DNA of 64,000 bases from Octopus vulgaris. Taxonomy: Eukaryota. Each line of letters opens with the position of its first letter. The first letter of the stretch is position 1. Location: contig OX597822.1 of assembly GCA_951406725.2 (NCBI GenBank), positions 17,608,001 through 17,672,000 of the forward strand, in the 5' to 3' direction. Below, piece by piece: positions 1 to 13,548 of the stretch. The notes under the pieces are model-generated. The model was given only the letters and a program-made list of their open reading frames with translations, had not been told where the DNA came from and ran no database searches. A program made the translations under genes and the position numbers.

Positions 1-3000
1 GGCACTGGGATAAATTTGAACTAATCATTTCGTGAAAGTGTCTCAGTATGGCCGCAAAAAAATATCAGCCTTTCTTTAGATGTGGACTTGATGTAATTAA
101 AACACCAAATACGTTTGTATTTGTAAATATGTTGCCAAAATTATCTGCGATATGTGTATCAAGTTGATTCCTCAATTCTTAAATATAGTCTAAAAAGTAA
201 ACCCATCCTATAATAATTAGCGATTTTGTCAAGTATCAAATACACCAGAGATTATGAAATTAGCGGATATACAAACAATGAAACTGCCGGTTAATTGATG
301 ACAAATATATTTGCCACGATGGAAACGGAAAGAAGGGGTGTGGAATCAAAAGTTATGAAAGAGAGTAATATTGAAACCATGATGCGAATTTGGAGAATAT
401 AGCATAGAAGGAAGATTTTGTAGCTTTATACATTATCCTAGACTAAGGGTGAGGCAGAAAATCCCACCCACTCATTTCTAAAAATTATGACTTTTTTTTT
501 TTATAACCTTGTAACATTAATACTACTCACTCTTCAAAGCAGAGTTTAGCAATTTATTTCAATGAGCTGAAGATGAAATTCTAGTCGTATGAAAAGAAAA
601 ATCAGGTATAAAAAAATAACCAAGTTTTCTGAGCTACCTCACTTTTTGTAGGACGAAATTGGAATAACAACGTTGTTTCAGAGAGGAAGAAGAGAGAAGG
701 TGAACAGACAAGAAATATGAAAAGGCAAAGTTAACGAGTGCAGGCGTGCTTAGCAACACAAGCATTCCTGAGATAAATATTGTTCACTTATGAAAGAGGA
801 AGTAAAAAATAACCGGGAAAAAAATCATATTTTGTCGCCAAGGTTAGAAACTATACCGACATTCTCACTTAGAGATTAAGGCGACAAAATTATTTACCAA
901 TTTTTAAGATCCTACATACATATTTCGAATTATTATGTCGGAGTAATGAACTTTTGCTTAGGTGTAATTTGAAGGAATGATTAAGCAGAAAATCTTTGCA
1001 ATTAAGTAAGTTTTAAATTAGCTTAAGTATGAAATAAAGGCGATCTTTCCTGTTACCTGCGTATTTGGCGAGATGAAAATACATAAACAAAATATGCAGA
1101 GGTCGGCGAATATTTCGAAAATTAAAGTTTTAATTCTGAGAATTATAGAAGTTTTGACGTTCATGCCCTTCCTAAAATACATTAGCAACGGAAATAAAAT
1201 GAACGGCTCTAAACAATGAAACCTGAGCAGCGTATACTTATAAGGGGTTAAGCTTTTCACTATCTCTCTCTCTCTACCGATGGTGGTCGCCTAAAAACCT
1301 AACACGATATTAAAGATAACATTCAAGATAGATATACATCGTAGATAAATATTAAATGGAGATGTGAGCGAACACGGCCTTTTATCACGTACTACAAACA
1401 TTGAAAGCAACAGTAGACACAGAACTCGTGTATCAATATATCAGACGATGATAGAAGGTGAAAATTAAAAGGTCAACTGCCTCAACAAATTAGAATTTAC
1501 ATACAAAAAGTCACATGAAAACCTAAGTACATGACATGTTTAATTTTTTTTTTAATGTTTGGTATAAAATACTGAATGAAACTTTCTGAAAAAAATGTAA
1601 TACCATTAGATAAACTCTGTGGTCATAGCGTACAAGTCGTATACAGTTAATAGAGACAAAATTGACTATAACCGACTGAAAAAAAGTCTTAATTACAAAA
1701 CTTTAATAATTGCAGCAAATGAATGTGTCGTTCACTATTTAGGCTACATAGTAACCGTTTCTAGACAATTGTTGAAGAAATGAACTTTTTAAACATATCT
1801 GAATCTAGTCACATTTCTTGAAAAATTCCAACATTTAAATCGATCATTCTGCCAAACTTACAAATCTTATATTCGACAACAAAACGAGAAATCTCAAATA
1901 CAGTTTATGTGGTGGCGTTTATTTCTTTCCAAATCACTATTAACTTAATAATGCATTTAAGAGTGTATAGTTTAATTCCGGATCTTTTTTTTTTTCTTGG
2001 GAAATATAATATAAAATATAATAATTCAATAAATGAGAAAGAAAATAAACCTTTGCTAATCAAGTTTTAAATGAAAAAATAAATAAATAAATGAATGTTC
2101 AATTTCCTTTATGAATAAATTCTATTGTAATATAGTACAATAAATAATATGACATTTTTATCATTTGCTGATCGCCGGTAATAAAACTGTCTTTGTCTAC
2201 TATCAAAATAGTCCTTTTTTTCTCCTTTCTTCTTTTTATTTATTTCTTTTTTGTTTTGTTGTTGGTTGGTTCGTTTCCTGATTGGATTAAATTGCCGATA
2301 TAAACACAGGTCCTATTGTTGCTTCTACAATGATAATTTGTCTTGTTTTAAAATTCACACCATTGAAGTTTATAGATTATCCAACTATATAAAAAAAGAT
2401 CTAAGAAAATACAAAAGATTTGTAAATTAATAGTTAAAAGTTTTGTTTAAAAAAAAAGAGAATTTGAACTCGTAGTTAATAAACAAAGTAGTAAAACTAA
2501 GGCCAATCTTATGTATACACATACATATATATATGTATATATGCCCGAAATGTACCTAGGATCATGCTAACATCACCTACATATCATTTTCGTAGGTAGT
2601 GCGTAGCTAGGACTGCATTATCCAATTTCTCCTTGTCCTTTTTAAGATGGTATAGAGTGTACTTTGAGAAGGGAGATTTAACTGTAATTTTTAGCAGGTC
2701 GAGTGACCTCTTAAGGACTCTTTCGTAAGATAAAGTTCTTGTATTTTGTGTGTGTGTGAGATAAATAATTAACTGAGTGTTATGGTATTTGAGGCATTTA
2801 GTTGTCGTCACCTCCTCCTCCTTCCTCCTCGGTATATTGCAGTACCTGCTTTAAGCACGCCACTTCAGCCAGAATGTATGGCAAACACGTGTTTTCTCGG
2901 TGTATTTAACTAATCTCTGTAAAATAGTTAAACGAGAAATAAACGAACATGCTTCACGTAATCATCTTTTAATTAACATTTCTTACATTACGAGCATTAA

Positions 3001-3424
3001 ACACAAAATTAGTGCCAGTGACTGGCTGTGAATTTTCACATTTGTTGATGTTTGTGAACATAAATTTTTTTTTTAAATGAGAATCAAATAGTAGCTGTTG
3101 TTACTGTTTAACACCAGGTCAACCTTGAGAGAATCAGAGTTATGATCGAAAGCATTCCAGCTGACCATCACCCGATTCTTTTAGGGGTGGTTTCTCTTCC
3201 TAATCAAGATGTGTGACTTCACTGCTGTTTGTAGTAGGTCGATCAACCACATAGACTCTTTGACTGGGCTTGTGAATCAAGTCGTTGCGGATTTATTTCT
3301 AAACATATTGAATACTCCCAGTTATGTTAGATTTAATCTATTATATTTATCCTCAAATATAATGCTTTTGCAACTGACTCATCGTTTCATCATTGATTTC
3401 TCACGTAACAGAGACATACTACCC

Positions 3425-3463
<39 letters not shown>

Positions 3464-4717
3464 GAAGATTAAAAATTGAGTTGATGATGTTAACGCCTTT
3501 GCTTACAGCAATAAGGGAAGTAAATGGCTCCAGATCGAAATAAAGTAGCAACCGTTAACAACAGCATTCAGTTGTTAACTATCCATTCATCATGATGTGA
3601 TCGCCATGTGTTTTAAATTAAATAGATTTATTACAGAAGTGGAAGGTTTCAGATTGAAAGCAGTGTTACTGTGACTGATATTACACACACGCACAGAAAT
3701 CTGTATTTTACATGTGTATAGAATGAGTGTGTGCGTGTGTAGATAGATTTAAATTAAACAAGAGTTAAAGAAAACCCAACAGGAAATAAAAGCCGGGCCG
3801 GAGTCAACAGGTGGTGGTGGTTGGTAGGTATTATAATACAAAAATTAAATAAATAAATAATAGTAACTTGATGGCAAGAAGCGAAGTTCAATAACCACAA
3901 ATAAATGAAAACGTGACGATGAAGTGTTACAATAACCCATGTGCCTTCAAATGTGCGGTTGAAAGTAAGTTGAATCAGGCCCTGACCGGCGAAACTTTGA
4001 AGTCACTACACGCACCCACACACACATGTGTACATACATAAACTTCATGTAAGTATTGTAAATCCTAATACATACTGTATTTGATATTTTTCAAAAGTGA
4101 TACACTGTTCCTCATTGTTTAAATTACATAATCATAGCACCAACTACCTGTTGAGTTGTTGTGCATTCAATGATTAAATATTTCACAAGTGCGTCAAGTC
4201 TGATAGTGAGATACATGTGTGTGTGTGTATATATGAGAGACTATGTACATGATATATTAGGTATATTTATTTACCCATGAGCCACGCTGTATCGATACTA
4301 TAGTTTATGTATATATGAAGACATGCATATACAAGCTTTTTCTCTCTTTCATAGATAGACAGATGGATGGATAACATCCGCACACGCCGTTTAGAGTTAA
4401 CGATAAACATTGGTTTTAGAAGTCGAAGATTAATGGTCAATCCCACAGAAGCATGAGTATCACATAAAAGTAAAAATAAATAGACAAGAAATTAGCCCGA
4501 ATCTACCATTAAAACAAGAGTGGAGAGTGAGAAAATCCTTCGAATTATTCGTCTTAAATTTCATTCCAAACTTTGTAACAAGACACGAAGTGGATGTAGG
4601 AAGGCATGGATGTACAGAAAGCCTTTCAGTTTTCATAGATTCTTCGAATATTTAAGCTTATTTCGCAATAATACATTCACAGTTATACACATATTGATAT
4701 ATGCAATATACATACAT

Positions 4718-4779
<62 letters not shown>

Positions 4780-5146
4780 CATATACATACAGAAAGATAG
4801 ATAGACAGACAGACAGCTAGATAGACAGAGAGAGAGAGACAGATAGATAGATAGACAGAGAGAGACAGACATATAGATAGAGAGAGAGACGGACGGATTA
4901 CGTGACGAGAAAACTAGTACGCAATACTTTATATAGTGGAGTATATTTGTATATTTAATGATTTAATTTCACAGACCGGGAGTTTGGTGTAGAGTTGGGT
5001 CCAGGCTTTGAGGGATTGGAATCGTTGGTGTATGGTGTATACATAAACAAACATATGTACACTCACATCAATTTTTTTCTACGTATTTATATACGTATAT
5101 GCATACATGTGTGTATACGCACTCATAATACATACATATACATGTA

Positions 5147-5331
5147 TTGAGAACAGTGGTCCTGGTGCGCGCACTCGCGCTAGCTAGTCGTGACTAGTCG
5201 ATCCTTACATTGTGTTTTTGTGTTTTATTTATTTTGTTTAAAAAATTATTTACTTTGCTAGGTAGTCGTTGTAGGATCGACTGGTCACGACAAGCTAGCG
5301 CGGATGCGCGCACCGGGACCACTGTCCTCAA
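5147..5331. mobile_element. MITE-like fold-back element with ~62-bp CpG-rich inverted arms and an AT-rich ~60-bp spacer
   Basis: Left arm ttgagaacagtggtcctggtgcgcgcactcgcgctagctagtcgtgactagtcgatcctta (from 5147) is the near-perfect reverse complement of 5270-5331, with mostly transition mismatches; TA dinucleotides lie at or next to both outer ends. Confidence 0.7.
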
Positions 5332-5847
5332 GTAGTTACCATACATATAGACAGAGGTTTATCTCACAACATTCTTGTTCCAGTTAAACTAAACTTTGCA
5401 TGAATGCTCGATCTGTCTGGTGTTTTCTCTCTTAACAACAACTGCATACGTGTGTATATGTATTTGTAGACTACGATTCTTTTAATGGATCAGCTACGAC
5501 CAATTGTCACTCATATATGTTATAATATCGCAGCCGTTTGTGTTATTAGTTGTGTAAATAAAAACAGTGCCAAGTTTTTCGCTGCCGACTCAAACACACA
5601 CACACACGTAATTGTATTTAGGAATGTTCTTCTTCCAATAAAATGCATCAATATTTTCTGAAACACATGGTGTTTTTTTCACCAAAATGTTGCGAAACAA
5701 ATTATGGTGAGTGTATATATATGAATGGAATGAATGTCGTATGCAAATAATATATTTTATGCAACAAATGTCATCCTACACAGATGTGACATGAGATTTA
5801 GAATCATGTCATAAATGTAGTTTATATATGCCATATAGTCATGTCAT

Positions 5848-6800
<953 letters not shown>

Positions 6801-7062
6801 GTGCAGGTTTTTACTTGCCACAGTTCAGCAACAAACTTTATCCTTGTTTGGAGGCAAAAATGTTAAGGATCACCATGAAAGCTAAGAAAGGCATTGATTA
6901 AAATAAGACCTAATGATGTAAGGCTAATCCACTCAACGTACCGGGATTTTATTTCAATGAAAATTACTGTTTAATACAACAGATATTTATAAAGAGACGC
7001 ATGTATAAAGATGGACATTGTGTTGTGTATAGATATATATTAGTAGATATGTGTGTGCCTAC

Positions 7063-7201
7063 CTGCCAACTGTTGAACCCTGGCGTAATCTTCTCGACTT
7101 CGTGCCAGTCTCCTCCTCACAAGTAAATATCCCGTGTAACACGTAAGTAGGAAGTAAGCACCAAGAATAGAGTAAACAACTTTCCTGAACGATACCCTCA
7201 T
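7063..7201 (-). CDS. First coding exon of a type II single-pass membrane protein (Golgi glycosyltransferase-like; loosely resembles the RXYLT1/TMEM5 N-terminus)
   Basis: ATG at 7201 gives MRVSFRKVVYSILGAYFLLTCYTGYLLVRRRLARSREDYARVQQLA: short basic tail, ~20-aa hydrophobic anchor, basic stem. Ends at a strong donor CAG|GTAGGC (intron starts 7062, phase 1). GC is higher than the flanks. Family assignment is from memory and weak. Confidence 0.65.
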
Positions 7202-10139
7202 AGTGTCGCCATCCCCAGACAAAATTATTGTCGTCTGCTTACTTTCAATTGTTTCTTTCGATGCAAAAATTATTGAGTATTTTTTTCTACTGTTGATAGA
7301 ATTTATGTTTGGATCATTATATTATTAAATTTCCTCCATTCACATCCTTGAAATTTGGGTTTTGAAAAAAAAAGATTCAAAAAGCTGAGTAAGAAATAAA
7401 ATAAAAGCAATGTTCGGCTTTCTCCGTCTTTGTTAGGATTCGTCCCCCGATTCAACTGGTTCCTTCCTTCCTTCTGTAACACACAAACCTCTTTCTAAAC
7501 TATAATTATTATTATTATTTTAAAAGAACTCAGATGGCATGCACTGCTCTCTCATTCAATAATAATAATAATAATAATAATTTCAGACACACTGAAAGCT
7601 TGTTTTTGATCTCTCAGCTTTTTTCTTTCTTTTCACGCAGAACACATATGCTTGTAATACTATCGGTTCCAGTTCAATAAATACAAATGCAAATCGTTGA
7701 CGTTTTTCTTTTTCTTTTTTTTTCTCCACAGATGACACCAATATAAAGCTACATCACCACTACTACTACGACTATTATTACTGTTGTTGTTGTTGTTAAC
7801 GCAATTATTTTTTTCCTTTTGAATCCTTGCAAGGATTTTTTTTTCTTTTAAAACAAGCGATCTATCTAGTTATCTGTTGCCGGTACTTGCTGAACGGTGT
7901 GTCTGTGCACGTACGTATAGTATGTGTGGATGTGTATACTATATGTAGCTATAGATATATAATTTACATGCAACACTTAAATATAGAATGCAATATACAC
8001 CTTTAGCATTATTTATATATACGTCTGTGTGTGAATGTATGTATGTATATATGTATATATATTGATTTCTTTGATGATAACGTTTGCTTTTCAGCAATGT
8101 TGTTTAGTTAGATGTTGTTGTGAAGTGTTGGTGGTAATAGTGGTACCCCCAAATTGTGGTATTGGTGCTAATGTTGCTGGTGATGGTGGTGGTATCCCTC
8201 ACTGCCGTGACACAGGTCCCCAAACAGCTCCAGTAAAGAAAATAATCCTTTAAAAAAAAAGGAAAACATACAAAGCTTATATGATCCGCTTACAGTTGCA
8301 TGCTTACACCAAAAGTGTGTAATAAGTCGTTAGAGGGGAAAATGTAGTATTATAAGCCGTGTATAGTTTAGTCGTGCAATCGCTTATTGTTATTGTTATA
8401 TATAATATATACGAATATATATATTGTTGTTGTTATATATATACACACACATATATATATATATATATATTGTAAATAGTCACAACTACTATCCTCCCTC
8501 TCACTGTTTTGCCTGCTTGGCCGTCGTCGTCACAATTACTCTGGTTTGTCTTGCAACCGCCACCATGTCACTTGGAAGACCTGGATGGAAAAAACTCTGT
8601 CTTTCTCTCCCACTTTTTCTCTCTCTCTGTTATTTATCTCTAACCAAACAGGAGATCGCAGTATACTCAACTACCCCGACTGCTACTGCAACCACACTTT
8701 TCAGCTTTGCTTTTTACTTTCCTCTCTCTCTCTCTCTTCTCTTTTACTACGATACCGTCAACAAATTAGCTTTTCCTGTTCTATTCCCGCCGCCTCCTCC
8801 ACCACCACTATCATTCTGTTTCAGCTCTACATTTCACTTTACCTCCTACTCTTCTATCACTCTTTCTATGTCGTTCTCTTTACCTCCTACTCTTTTATGA
8901 CTCCTTTCCTTTCAATTCTTTCTGTCTATTTCTTTTTACCTCCTACTCTTCTATCACTCTCTCTCTTTTCCTTTTATTTTCTCTCTCATTTCTTTCTTCT
9001 CTCTATCGCTCTCTTTTACTCCCTCACTCGCTTATTCAATTACTCACTTCTTCAATAAATTAACTCCTTTCTGTATGTACTATCCTCTCCCTCTTTATAT
9101 AAACTGTATTAACTCTCTCTCTTCTCCTCCTCCCCTTCATATCAGTAATGTCAACATCAAATTCACTCCTCACCCTCTCTCTTCTTTCATCACATCTCCA
9201 TCGTTCTCCCCCACTACCATCATTTTCATTCATATTTACAGTTGAGTTATTGCTTCTCTAAACTGTTGACTAAATTTTCCTTCTCTTCTTCTCTCGTGCT
9301 TATATATTGAAGGCTCGTTTGTTGAAGTGGATGAATAGCCATAAGTATCACCCAACATTTTTTTTCAAAAGATCGCCACCGATTTTAATCAGAATTTATA
9401 CTTTCATATAAATCCCACCTACTCAAAATCCCCCCAAATGAATTTTCATACATGATCAGTTATATAATAGAATACTTTTCTTCTTAATTTTTATGTGTAA
9501 TCTTGCCGTTCTGAAATTTTTGTTTTCTTTTTTAAAATTCAAAAGTTGCTACATTAATTGTTAACATTAACTTATTGTTTTTCATATGCATGGTTTTGAG
9601 TTAAGTTTTTTAAAAATGTTGATATTTGTAATAGCATTTGTGTATCACAGCATATAAAAACTTATGTGTCATTAAATCTACTGAACTAATACATAAGACA
9701 TGCATTTCTAATATTTTTTTCATTTTCACAAGACTAGTTTTAAAAAGTAAAAGATCAGGGCTTCATAAATGTAATGGAATTTATTCCATAAAAAACTACC
9801 GAAAAACAAGTACATGATTTATTTACTTTTTGGAAAATGACTGGTGAGATTCAGTTTCTTATATATTTTTCTATTCTTTCACTCCATAAATTTACAAAAA
9901 TATAAGTATGCTTAATAATGTCAATTATTTTTATTGTTAGAAGTAATTATTTGTTTATCAAATGACTTTGATAAGATTGAATTTCGAATTTATTTTCTGT
10001 GTTAATATTAAAATAGAACTGAGTAGAAATTAGTTGTTAATTGTAGTTTTCACTCACTTTGAAAAGCTGAGAATGGGAAATCCCGTCTCTTAAATGACGT
10101 TATCATGTGACCATACAAACGAGAGTACAACACTCTAAA
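7202..10139. promoter_or_regulatory. Divergent (head-to-head) 5' UTR/promoter region shared by the two genes
   Basis: Lies between two oppositely oriented start codons, is free of recognisable SINEs and retains CpGs. A CRE-like TGACGT (~10095) and an E-box-like CATGTG (~10104) precede AAAATGGCG, a YY1-like motif overlapping the ATG. TSS positions are unknown. Confidence 0.45.
8590..9300. repeat. Long polypyrimidine (CT-rich) tract with ~25-bp internal repeats (ttacctcctactcttctatcactct) in the divergent intergenic region
   Basis: Strong strand asymmetry; the unit recurs near 8839, 8880 and 8936. Confidence 0.8.
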
Positions 10140-10340
10140 ATGGCGTCCCCCATGAGTAGCCATGCTGTTTCTATGTTGACTGACGAAAACGTCGACGAAT
10201 GGTGTCAAGTCTATTGCACGGTGTGTACCGGCTTCGAAAAAGTGGCCAGTGAGGAAGCGAAAGAAATATTAGGTGTAGAAGACGTTCGTGTTGGCCACGG
10301 ACATATAGTGATACGCTTGCCCGTAAAGAACACAGCGAAG
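10140..10340 (+). CDS. THUMPD3: First coding exon of THUMP-domain tRNA (guanine-N2) methyltransferase, THUMPD3-like
   Basis: aaaATGGCG start. CTVCTGFEKVASEEAKEILG...GHGHIVI resembles human THUMPD3 ATVPTGFEQTAADEVREKLG...RGKIYF as recalled. 67 codons ending at the canonical donor AAG|GTAAGG (phase 0). No later exon was recognised. Confidence 0.8.
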
Positions 10341-10989
10341 GTAAGGCCCATTGCAGCTGTTTTGTCAACAATTTGTTTTACTAAACTTCCTCTAACACTT
10401 CCATAGATACTACTCATTATGCTTACGTTTTTCAGAAGTACCCCGAAATGGAATAAAAATATTGGAATGTATTTGTTTCTTTTTCTCTGCTGTTTCCTAT
10501 TTACACTTCGGTTAAACGTTGTTTGTTTACAAACATTCGACTATCGAGTTTCACCTATCATATTCCTGTCACATTTAAGATGGATTAAAGAACTATAAAA
10601 TTATCATCGCTACTTGATTAGCATTTTTTTTTATTGACTGTCAGAAAAATAAAGTATAAAATTTGATTTCGGCGAGATTTGAACTCCGAACGTAAGGGGT
10701 TAACTAATTACTAAGTTTCGCCCTACGTGCTAACTTTTCTAGTAATCTACTGTTAGGGAACAAGCATTGTTAACTTGAGGCAGCTGACAGCTCCCACTCG
10801 TAGCGTCGTCATCTTCTTAAAAGGATAGCTTAAAAAAGAAAAAAAACTATGCTTACTCTTGTGTGTCGCGAGTTAGAATTTTTGCCAAAAACTAATGTTA
10901 AAACGAAAGAGGATGTCTCACTGTGGTAGGCTGACCTGCTAGAAATAAAATCCCCTTCAGGCCGCACCCAACCTGTCGTGGTATGCGTG

Positions 10990-11195
10990 TCGCTTTGGCA
11001 AGTGTCTTCTACTGTAACCTCGGGCCAATCAAAACCTTGGGAGACGGAAACTGAAAGAAGCCTGCCGTATATATTTGTGTGTGTTTGTCCCTGTAACGTT
11101 GCAGTTCGACGAAACAGACTGATAGAATAAGTACTAGAGTCGATTCATTCCTCAAGGTGGTGCCCTCGCATGGCTGCAGTCTGATGACAAACAAG
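10990..11195 (+). mobile_element. 5'-truncated CORE-type SINE with CR1-LINE-like tail
   Basis: ttggcaagtgtcttctactg...ggaaactgaaagaagcc...aaggtggtgccctcgcatggctgcagtc matches the full copies at 21039 and 32243. Confidence 0.75.
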
Positions 11196-13404
11196 CAATA
11201 GGTACAAAAGGAGCAGTGCAGTTTCCTCTTTCCTACTGTTTAGAGAGGGGGGGAAGAGCAGGTTACATGACTGTTTCACATTTTTCTCAGGAGCTGTCAT
11301 ACACTGGTGCATGAACATGATGAACACATCCTCAAACCAGATATCTGGCTTGCTTCCTTGCAACAGGGCATTCTGGCTACCACTAAAAGTGCCCATGAAC
11401 CAGGTGGTGATATAAAACCAAGCACCACTTAAGTCTATAACCCCAAAATTCCAACACAAAATGCACTGTAACCAATTCCTTGCTGCTTCTCTCTAACAAT
11501 TTCATCAATTCGCTGCTCTGTAAAGTTGGCATTAGTCAGTTTTGAACTCACAGTGCAGAGAGCTGGAACAAATACTGCAAGGTATTTTGTCCTGTGCTCT
11601 AATGACTCTGCTGATTTACTGCCTCTGAGCTAAACAGTATCATCATTATTTAATGTGCCTTTATTCCTAAAATTATGTCTAATTTATTAAAATTAGGCTA
11701 AATGAAAAATAATTGATAAGACTGATGAAAACTCCAAAATCCAAGTTGATTAAAAAATAACTTTAAGACCCAGAATGGGAATGAGTCTAATCTTTTGTAG
11801 GTATAGTTACAACTGCTCTGAAAATTGGTAGAGAATGTTATGATTATCTGGGTGGAAAATGGTTACCAATCAGGCAATTACAAATTAACATGTGATTTAC
11901 CCAGGGAAGCCTTCTGCATGAAAGGTGTAGTTAAGTCTAAATATAGCAAGCCAAATAGGTATAAATAACCAATTAAAATGAATTAGACATAGTTAAGTAG
12001 AAGTTAACATAATGTAGTGAACCAGAAAAATATTTAATCAAAATTTCACCTGAAATGGAGTGAAAGTCATTAGTTTTAATTATAATTTATCAAGAAAGAA
12101 ATGGAAGATAATTCTAAGATCAAAATTAGATGCATTGGAGTGAGAGTGAACTGCATATTTGGTCAATATATATAACAATGCTGGACATGTTTTAGCTGTA
12201 GGAAGATTATGATGACAGCAGGAAATTTAATGAGCTGGTCAAGGTATCACAGTCATCAGTTTAGTTCTTAATGGACTAAAAATTGCAATCCCATTGAAAT
12301 TTTTAGCATTGTCAACCATAACTTCTCACACACATCTGAGAAGCTTGATGAAGTTCACCTTGTTCATTCTGTTTAAGTGGTTTTTATTAGAAAGGGCATC
12401 CAACTGTAAAAACTATGTCAAACCAGAAGGAAAGGAACAGAGACATCATAGGGTAGAGGAACAACCTTCTATAGTGCCAATGTCCTGTTTCTCAAGCAAT
12501 TATATCACACTATTTCATTTAGTCTAACTTGGGAAATGCTACATTTTGATTTCACTATTTTAATTTGTGAGCAAAAGAAATAATATTTAGTTTGATACAA
12601 TGACACCAACAACATCAATACCTCATACTATCATTCAAAATTGGTGTAAAATGAAAAATTTAGATGCATAAGAGAGAATGGAGGGGAGGGGAAACATCAT
12701 AGGCATGGATCTTTGTTGGGCAAGTTTTTTATATCTATATACTATGTGAAGTTCAATCTTGCAATGTTACACAGCCAAACTGGTGCATAATGGGAAAATG
12801 CTCTGAAAGTAAAATGCCCCATAAATGTGAATCCGAACGTATTAAAACAAGTTTCGCGTAGATCGGACCAGTAGTTACTGAGATATTTGGGGTTTTGGGG
12901 GTATAAAAGCCCCAAATGGTGCATAATGGGAAATTACTCTGAAAATAACTTCACCTTGAAAGGAAAGAAACCCTAACCTTTCCATTAGACACATTATGAT
13001 GTGCAAAATATTTTAAAGTGAAAATGACTAAAAATACTTTGTAAATATTTTGTAAAAGACCTGTTTGTAACCTCCATGTGAAACAGTTTTCTTCCATAGG
13101 TTTCTTTCAAGTGCGTTCAACGTATCTCACCTCCAAAGATATGGCTGCTATTTCTAGCACGCCCTGCTACCATGTAACAGCTGTTTGCAATACAGGTACC
13201 AAAATACCTGTTACGTGGTATCAGGGCGTGCAAGAAATAGCAGCCAAATCTTTCCTTTTTTCTGTGATTTTGATGTCATTTGTTGAAAGCATGCGAAATA
13301 ACATGGAAAAGAAAAAGTCAGCTGGCCAATATTCTCCTTGATCAGAAGGTTAGTCCATTGTAGCAGCTGGCCAATATTCCGCTTGATTGGAAAGCTAGTC
13401 CGTT

Positions 13405-13548
13405 GCAGGGTCACCCATTTACAGCCGAATTGACTGGAGCAGCATGAAAATGTTTTATCTCAAGAACACAACATGCTGCTCGGTTGAGGAATCAAAACCC
13501 TGATCTTTAGATATTGAGTGCAACACCCTGGCCACAAGGCCACACACA
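13405..13548 (-). mobile_element. Old tRNA-derived SINE head (separate family; a related copy lies at ~16635-16765 on +)
   Basis: The minus strand reads gtgtggccttgtggccagggtgttgcactca...gggttttgattcc...ttgtgttcttgagataaaacattt...gctccagtcaattcggctgtaaatgggt: degenerate A/B boxes plus a CORE-like block. Confidence 0.55.

Noticed and set aside
8424-9058. 158- and 170-aa hydrophobic ORFs
   Set aside because: Arise from the CT-rich low-complexity tract, start at non-ATG codons and show no domain signal.
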